DNA from: a virus
Taxonomy: Duplodnaviria; Caudoviricetes
Reading direction: 5' to 3' (one strand)
Length of the DNA: 64,000 nt
IMG/VR virus record: IMGVR_UViG_3300021400_000128
Span: 72,916-136,915 of that record
Positions 58,265 to 64,000 of the stretch are shown one piece after another (the stretch's first letter is position 1; every line of letters starts with the position of its first letter). Both the position numbers and the translations under genes were made by a program. The notes under the pieces were generated by a model. The model had not been told where the DNA came from. It worked only from the letters and a program-made list of their open reading frames with translations, and did no database searches.

Positions 58265-58654
58265 TCACTCACCTCTCCACGGTTCAGGCAACGGCATCCA
58301 TGCAAGAACGTTTTCAATGGTATAAAATGGTTTCCATGCATCAAACGTAACCCATTGCTTTCTATATTTGCCGTCAGCCTCCCTCATTTCATCGTGTTTT
58401 GCAAGTGCGAAATGAGTGCTTTGGGCATATACAAGCACTTGTCTGTTATCTTTCGGTAGACGATCAGTCACAGGAATCCATCTCCGCTCTGGCTCTGCGG
58501 ATGGCGTAGACTCAATTGATTCTGCACTTTCAACTATATTTTCAGCGATAATCAGTCCGACAGCCCAATCTTCACCAACATGTTGATAACCTGGTTCGCA
58601 TTCAATTTTTTGTATTTCTTCTAAAACTGCCTTTCGGCTAATCAGATCGCTCAT
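58265..58654 (-). CDS. DUF551-like protein
   Basis: MSDLISR...WIPVTDRLP...VLAWMPLPEPW. Confidence 0.7.
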   Translation of the reverse strand: MSDLISRKAVLEEIQKIECEPGYQHVGEDWAVGLIIAENIVESAESIESTPSAEPERRWIPVTDRLPKDNRQVLVYAQSTHFALAKHDEMREADGKYRKQWVTFDAWKPFYTIENVLAWMPLPEPWRGE

Positions 58655-59084
58655 TCTTCACCTCTTCAATATCCGACAACAAAACGTATCTTTTTGCGTT
58701 GTTCTTAAAATAAACAACTCCTACCTTTTCTGATTTCGTTTTTTTCGTAAGATGATAATATTCTCCACAATAAGGGTCATCATTATAATCAGTTCCGATT
58801 TCACCGGAAGTAACAATATTTGTGATACCAACCAAATATCCATCAAACTCAGCTTCAATTCTCATTCTGTATTGCTTTGAAACTGTTTCGCCACAAAATT
58901 CAGACAGATCAGCTATTTCTTCGGTTTTACTTTTTTCCGAATCATATTTCATTGCTTTGACGGTAATTTGCTCATCCCAACGACTTGCCTGAGTTGGCAT
59001 ATTATTTTGTTCGCAATAAAGACATACACCATCGGAATATTTCTCAAGGTAGGCTTTACAATGCACTTTTCGAAATATTTTCAT
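58638..59084 (-). CDS. Hypothetical protein
   Basis: ORF in operon. Confidence 0.6.
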   Translation of the reverse strand: MKIFRKVHCKAYLEKYSDGVCLYCEQNNMPTQASRWDEQITVKAMKYDSEKSKTEEIADLSEFCGETVSKQYRMRIEAEFDGYLVGITNIVTSGEIGTDYNDDPYCGEYYHLTKKTKSEKVGVVYFKNNAKRYVLLSDIEEVKNERSD

Positions 59085-59491
59085 TGCTTACTCCAATCCA
59101 GCTTGACTCCGCAATATGGACAAACTTTAAATTCATCACAAACGGCATTCCCGCAGTGTTCACAGTGTCCGCATATACAAACGCCGTGTGCCGAATAAAA
59201 ACCTTCTGACCGATTCAGGATCTTCGCCGTCCGCTCAGTGCAATGTGCATTTTCTGCATATTCCTGTACGTTATCTCTTTGTGGAATCGGAGGAATCTTC
59301 ATCCAGTAATCCACTGTTTCATGAAAGAGTACACCACTGCTCCAGGCATTCGCTACCACGCACCTTTGAGCACCATCAGAATATGTAGTTCCCATCCAAA
59401 TGATGTCATCATCTTTCATATGAAAAAGAATATCTTCATTCAGTTCCGGCACTGCTTCTTTACTGCTGATCCATTTTCCGTATTCTTCCAT
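59081..59491 (-). CDS. DUF551 + zinc-ribbon fusion
   Basis: KWIS...DYWMKIP; CEHCG...CPYCGVKLDW. Confidence 0.6.
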   Translation of the reverse strand: MEEYGKWISSKEAVPELNEDILFHMKDDDIIWMGTTYSDGAQRCVVANAWSSGVLFHETVDYWMKIPPIPQRDNVQEYAENAHCTERTAKILNRSEGFYSAHGVCICGHCEHCGNAVCDEFKVCPYCGVKLDWSKQ

Positions 59492-59752
59492 ATCATCTCC
59501 TTATAACCATGTGCTCAAAATGTAAAACGTGTCCCAGGAAGGTATTACCAATCTCCCCTTCCACCAAAACAGATCTGCATCCGAATGAGCTTTACTATAA
59601 AAGTCCTGCAAGTCCCAATAGGATTCAAATTCTTTATCGCAAAAACGTGTCATTTTCCCTTCAAGGGAATTTAATGGCTGTTCACGTTCTGCTTTCGTCA
59701 TTTTACGAAATGGACTGAACCATTGTCCGTTATAGGAGAATTGTTTACTCAT

Positions 59753-59878
59753 AACACCCTCCGTTATTCAATTCAACTTACATTATTATTATACATGTTA
59801 TTTATTATTTGTCAATGCAATTATTTATTTTTATTGCGTTTGATTAAAAAAATAAAACCGCCGAAATTGGCGGATTTA
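59753..59878 (-). promoter_or_regulatory. Terminator + early promoter cassette
   Basis: CCGCC..GGCGG hairpin; TTGACA at 59810-59815; GAATAACGGAGG RBS. Confidence 0.8.
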
Positions 59879-59894
59879 CTGATATTGGAGTGAG

Positions 59895-60365
59895 TTATTC
59901 GTACAAGGATTCAGCCCATGTTCGTACAATCTCGCTAATACTCTTGTTTTGCTCTCTTGCTTTTCTCTTCAGGTTGAGCCGTGCTTTTGGTGATAACGTT
60001 AATGACGTTACCTTTTGTTTATCGTCTTTATCTTCCATAAAAATTTCCTCCAGTTTTTCGGGACAATTGGAATGCACCCAATTCCTGGCGGAGTTGTAAT
60101 TTGATTGCAGCCAGATCTCATATCTGAATCCACCAACCTCTTTTCCATCTTCTATCTTGTTATAAGGTGAGTTTTTTCCACCTTGACCAAGTACAAAATA
60201 TTCTCCGCTCTTCTTTTTATATAAGGTCTCTGTCCAATCATCATCCGGGTTTTCACCGTATTTTTCTCCAAATGTCTTTTTTACCGTATATAATGGTGTT
60301 GCTTTTTCGATGTCATAAAATTTATTATCAAGCTTCCTTGCAACAACTTTTTCTATCATCTTCAA
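59895..60365 (-). CDS. YD(T)-motif protein with C-terminal RHH
   Basis: KFYDIEKA...ETLYKKKSGEYF..G.GG...TSLTLS...LKRKA....SISEIV. Confidence 0.7.
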   Translation of the reverse strand: MKMIEKVVARKLDNKFYDIEKATPLYTVKKTFGEKYGENPDDDWTETLYKKKSGEYFVLGQGGKNSPYNKIEDGKEVGGFRYEIWLQSNYNSARNWVHSNCPEKLEEIFMEDKDDKQKVTSLTLSPKARLNLKRKAREQNKSISEIVRTWAESLYE

Positions 60366-60378
60366 ACTCCTTGTTGTC

Positions 60379-60407
60379 TTGACAAAAATCTATCTCTGCC
60401 ATAAAAT
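60379..60407 (+). promoter_or_regulatory. Consensus sigma70 promoter of a putative sRNA
   Basis: TTGACA-17-TAAAAT. Confidence 0.85.
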
Positions 60408-60412
60408 ATTGA

Positions 60413-60520
60413 TTACATTTGAAATATGTCATTCTCAAATGTAGCCGAGGTCTCCGTTATTCATTCAACTTACATTTAACAAGCTTCGGCTGAAACAGCT
60501 CTGGACTCAGGGCTGTTTTA
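60413..60520 (+). ncRNA. Putative trans-acting antisense sRNA against early-gene leaders
   Basis: Three hairpins, the last a terminator; loops ATGTCATTCTC and CTCCGTTATTCATTCAACTTACATTTA complementary to repeated leaders/RBSs. Confidence 0.7.
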
Positions 60521-61114
60521 TTTTACAATACTAATCAGACGTTTCACTGCGTCCTTCAATTCATTCTGATCGTCAGAAATATTATTGTTGCAATATGTTT
60601 GGAAATCATCATAGTTTCCGATTTTTTCAGAAAATCCGTTTTTCTTATACCAACTTACAAATCTTTTTGCAACTCGAGCCTCACGATCTTTGATGATTTG
60701 TCTGCTCCGATCAAAATATTCCGCTATCTCTTCAAACGTTTTCAGATTCCATCTCATTGCTGAAATCGTTACATTGTTATAATTCAAAAATACTTTTTTT
60801 TGTAAATTCGCAATAATGGTTTCCGGTTTTGTTATATCTTCGTCTGCATTGATAACATAACCGTTTTCTTTCCACTTCGTCAGTAATTCTACAAGTTTCT
60901 CAAGCTTTACCGGGCCGAACAAGTTCTGATCTGTTAAATCAGCATCATCTAACTTCCGCAGATGGTCTGTTGTTGTAATTCCGTAACTGTTTAAAAGCGC
61001 AACAAGACGTTTTTGTTTAATATCGTCTTGTTCTATTATTTCTGACAAATATACACATGGTGCTTCTTGTAGTATGTTTTTTACTCTGGTTGTTTCGATC
61101 CGTTTTCGTCCCAT
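60518..61114 (-). CDS. RNAP alpha-CTD-like + sigma region-4-like HTH protein
   Basis: KRLVALLNSYGITT...L.....L....FG...LE; KTFEEIAEYFDRSRQII...E. Confidence 0.55.
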   Translation of the reverse strand: MGRKRIETTRVKNILQEAPCVYLSEIIEQDDIKQKRLVALLNSYGITTTDHLRKLDDADLTDQNLFGPVKLEKLVELLTKWKENGYVINADEDITKPETIIANLQKKVFLNYNNVTISAMRWNLKTFEEIAEYFDRSRQIIKDREARVAKRFVSWYKKNGFSEKIGNYDDFQTYCNNNISDDQNELKDAVKRLISIVK

Positions 61115-61409
61115 TAATATCCTCCTTCCCTTTCATTTTTTTAAATTATATTCATGTTTTATATATTTGTCAATGTAACTTATTATTCTTATGCTTATAT
61201 ATTTGTCAGTGCTGTATATTATTTTTGTACTTAGTATTTATCATCCTCAATGATTTTTCCGCCCTCTAACTTATATTTCGGAGCTTTTTGTATATTGATA
61301 AACTTCACATTTCCTTGCTCAACAGAAATCGAAATCACCCCCCATTTTCTTGTTGATTCACGTATTTCGGCAAGACAGCCTATTACATATTCCATTGCTT
61401 CTTGGTCGC

Positions 61410-61814
61410 TCATATAATCATTTCCTCCTCAGGTACACCATAATATCGCTGAATTTCTCTTACTGCATCTTCGTAGCCATAGCATACAACAGATCGGTAA
61501 CCCACAGAGGAGAGATACTGCAGCCACTCTTTTTGCTGTTCTGTCGGCTTGTTTGTGTGGTCAGGTCGTTTCATTTCGATAAACAAACCGTGATACCCAG
61601 ACAATGGGACAGGTAAAAACAGATCTGGCACTCCTGCTTTTACACCTTCAGCTTTAAAACGCTTTGCTTCGGTAATGGATCGCTGTCCACCATTTGGAAT
61701 ATGCCAAATTTTATCAACATTTGGCAGCCGCCATGACTGATATTGACAGTATGCGATAACTGCCATTTGTTCAGATGATTCACTGCCGATCTTCCTGCGC
61801 ATAATCCTGCGCAC
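61410..61814 (-). CDS. VRR-NUC nuclease
   Basis: HIPNGG.R...A.RFKAEGVKAGVPDL..P....HGLFIEMK. Confidence 0.9.
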   Translation of the reverse strand: MRRIMRRKIGSESSEQMAVIAYCQYQSWRLPNVDKIWHIPNGGQRSITEAKRFKAEGVKAGVPDLFLPVPLSGYHGLFIEMKRPDHTNKPTEQQKEWLQYLSSVGYRSVVCYGYEDAVREIQRYYGVPEEEMII

Positions 61815-62134
61815 CTTGCTTTAAGAAAACATCTGCTAATTGATTAATAAAAGACCCCATTGCCTCCACATTCATTCTGGTCATCTCATTCATGGACTCA
61901 TGCGCAGAATGAATATATTCCGTTTGCTTCTTTTGCATCTCTGTATTTTTCTTTAGCAATTCGTTGTAATTTTTGTACATAGCTGACATTCGGGTTATAG
62001 CAATGCACCACATGATTGTATTGATTCCGGTAATTATGATAAAAAGTGTTCTGTCTGTCATCTCTCTCCTTTACGTTTTGCAAACTTATTTTTGTTAATA
62101 TTCGCCAATTAGTACATTTTTAGTATTACTCTTG

Positions 62135-62437
62135 TTACCAATCGACCTTAGTTCCGCATTTTGGACATGTTTCAAATCCAAAATGAATTTCTGCATTGCA
62201 GTTCCCGCATCGGTACTTTGGTTTTGCGCTGAGCGGTTTGTTTAGCTCATTCCAATTCTTGACAGCCATTTCAATGTGCAGATACTTCCTGGATGTCATT
62301 CCACACTGGCATTTAATAAAAAATGGCTTCCGCAAATCCTCATCGCTGTAAAAAATGTACCCTTTTCCACCGCAATGTTTACATCTGATAATTTCAAACC
62401 GCTCTTCCATACATTTAATCACCTTCCCATATTCCAT
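62135..62437 (-). CDS. Lar-like zinc-binding protein
   Basis: CKHCGG...CQCG...AVKNWN; CGNC...CPKCG. Confidence 0.6.
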   Translation of the reverse strand: MEYGKVIKCMEERFEIIRCKHCGGKGYIFYSDEDLRKPFFIKCQCGMTSRKYLHIEMAVKNWNELNKPLSAKPKYRCGNCNAEIHFGFETCPKCGTKVDW

Positions 62438-63020
62438 CAGGACGCAGCTGTGCCATAGCGATCAGGTAATGCAGCGGTTTGATTGCGTTCCCGGCTGTAG
62501 CTTCCCAATAATCGGTATTCGGAGCTTCGCTTATTTGCACTGTGTATTCTTCTTTGCGGTAATCTCGTTTCCCTTCGATAACATCTTTGAATAAATCGAT
62601 TTCTCCCCCTGTATCAGCATCAATGTAACGGGTCTTTGTCCGCTCGGTGATGATCCATTCTCCGTCCTTCTGGTACTTTTCTGTAATGCGCCGAATCATA
62701 TCTTGAAGCATCGGGATGGATTCAGCTCCGCTTTTTCCGTAAATTCCTCGAATACCGAGGTTTCGTGGCTGTTCTTTTTCTCTTTCGTCATCATCTTCCA
62801 GATTTCCATAAAACCGCACATCCCTTTCCACAGCGTCATAGTAATAGTTGGAATAGTTGTACGTGATACCAAGATGAGCCTCAGATGTCGGTTTTGGTGC
62901 AAACCGTCCAGTGTTCGGATCATAATCAGCAGCGTATGTGCTGCCGGTCATCAAGTGTTTTACCGGAAGCTCGATTTCTTCCTTCGTCACAGGGTCTTTT
63001 AAAGAAATGTCGTATCCCAT
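62415..63020 (-). CDS. Phage hypothetical protein
   Basis: MGYDISL.DP...ITYNY...GIRGIYG..GAES...DYWEAT.GNA...RPDGIWEGD. Confidence 0.7.
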   Translation of the reverse strand: MGYDISLKDPVTKEEIELPVKHLMTGSTYAADYDPNTGRFAPKPTSEAHLGITYNYSNYYYDAVERDVRFYGNLEDDDEREKEQPRNLGIRGIYGKSGAESIPMLQDMIRRITEKYQKDGEWIITERTKTRYIDADTGGEIDLFKDVIEGKRDYRKEEYTVQISEAPNTDYWEATAGNAIKPLHYLIAMAQLRPDGIWEGD

Positions 63021-63436
63021 TATTTCTCCTCGTGTTTTGCCATAAGATATATTAGGTCTTGATTCATCCTTTTGATTTGTTCCTCGAATTTTTCGAACCT
63101 ATTAGATGTCATCTCATATATCTTTTCTTCGATTGCGTTATCAATTCCGAACCAAATAGCAAAAATAATGGCAGCTGCTCCGACACCTGATAAAATATAT
63201 AGCCAAATCATTTTGATTCCTCCTTCTCTTCTAACATTTCTACTTTTGCTTATATCCTCTGCATTAGTTTTATAATATCGTCATATAATTCTTTAACATC
63301 GAAACAAAAATCGTCACCACAGCTGAATGATGTGCATGGTACGTATTTTTTATCCTTGTAGCCGCTGCTCTCACAAAAATAATTGATACGGTCAATGTTG
63401 ACAGATATCTTAGAATCATCTCTTAGGTCATGCAAC

Positions 63437-64000
63437 TCAATAAACTTGGTCATCTTCTCTCCTTCTTGTTCCGTCAGCGTATTCTTCCAGCATCAAAGCG
63501 GCTTCTATCATTAAAACCTGGTTGCATAGAGTTGTGTATTTGTTCTCACCGTCTTCATCTTCATCGATAAATCTTGGACATTTCACGCAGTTTATTTCAG
63601 CGCAACAGCGAAGCGCATGAATCAAATCTTCAACATTGTTGTCAATGTCATTTTCCTTTTTAGGCTGAGATAATTCATCAGATTCATTTCTGATTGCGTT
63701 CTTAGCCAGTTTCTGCAGCTTCTCAAGTGTCTTTGCTAACAATTCATTTGATGGTCGTTTATCATTCAGTCTGATCATTTCTTCAAGGGCATTACGCAGA
63801 TCGTTATGAACGGTATATCCCATTTTCTCGACGTAATCATCCATAAGAGATTTGGCCATAGCGGCGAACATAACCATACCTCGCTTGTAATTGAATCTCT
63901 GACGGAGTTCAATTCCCTTATTGTTTTCACCTTCCGCAATGATAATAAACTGCTTATCTGTTGGCTTTAGAATTTCAGCTGCTTCATCTATTGGGTTCAT
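63437..64000 (-). CDS. Hypothetical protein (may extend beyond window)
   Basis: Long ORF at the window edge. Confidence 0.55.
   Translation of the reverse strand: MNPIDEAAEILKPTDKQFIIIAEGENNKGIELRQRFNYKRGMVMFAAMAKSLMDDYVEKMGYTVHNDLRNALEEMIRLNDKRPSNELLAKTLEKLQKLAKNAIRNESDELSQPKKENDIDNNVEDLIHALRCCAEINCVKCPRFIDEDEDGENKYTTLCNQVLMIEAALMLEEYADGTRRREDDQVY

Noticed and set aside
628-63275. Most plus-strand ORFs in the track
   Set aside because: They are antisense shadows of tightly packed minus-strand genes without RBS or motifs; only 36438, 36833 and 53753 were accepted
1-64000. Stop-codon reassignment; tRNA, integrase, tnpA or cas1/cas2 genes
   Set aside because: Long genes are open in code 11 and TGA/TAG end many genes with normal overlaps; no cloverleaf or corresponding protein motifs were recognised

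Overview
The window is a ~37% GC (visual estimate) segment of a large tailed phage or prophage from an anaerobic bacterium. Nearly all real genes lie on the minus strand; most plus-strand ORFs in the track are shadows. It is an accessory/early region built from repeated terminator + sigma70-promoter cassettes. Scattered among these are late-type genes (terminase small subunit, holin/M23 endolysin, four 'MGG-leader' effector proteins), a ParB/methylase/DUF4417 cluster, nrdDG and a Pnkp-HD-Rnl RNA repair enzyme. IS200/IS605 elements are abundant: two intact TnpB, one IscB with omegaRNA, two omegaRNA-only mini-elements and one omegaRNA embedded in a gene; no TnpA is present. Main highlights: (1) an IS605-type element (52147-53936) carries, upstream of an intact TnpB, an omegaRNA-derived tracr-like RNA with an anti-repeat fused to a mini CRISPR array, plus an unannotated RHH regulator, i.e. 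a TnpB-to-Cas12 intermediate architecture. (2) A ~135-nt plus-strand locus (42102-42234) concatenates mimics of type I-C, II-C and I-E CRISPR repeats, a candidate multivalent RNA anti-CRISPR. (3) A ~105-nt plus-strand sRNA (60413-60520) has loops antisense to the conserved leaders/RBSs of the early cassettes. (4) A conserved CTAAGAA leader + attenuator hairpin precedes nine late-type genes. All family assignments come from motif recognition by eye, not database searches.
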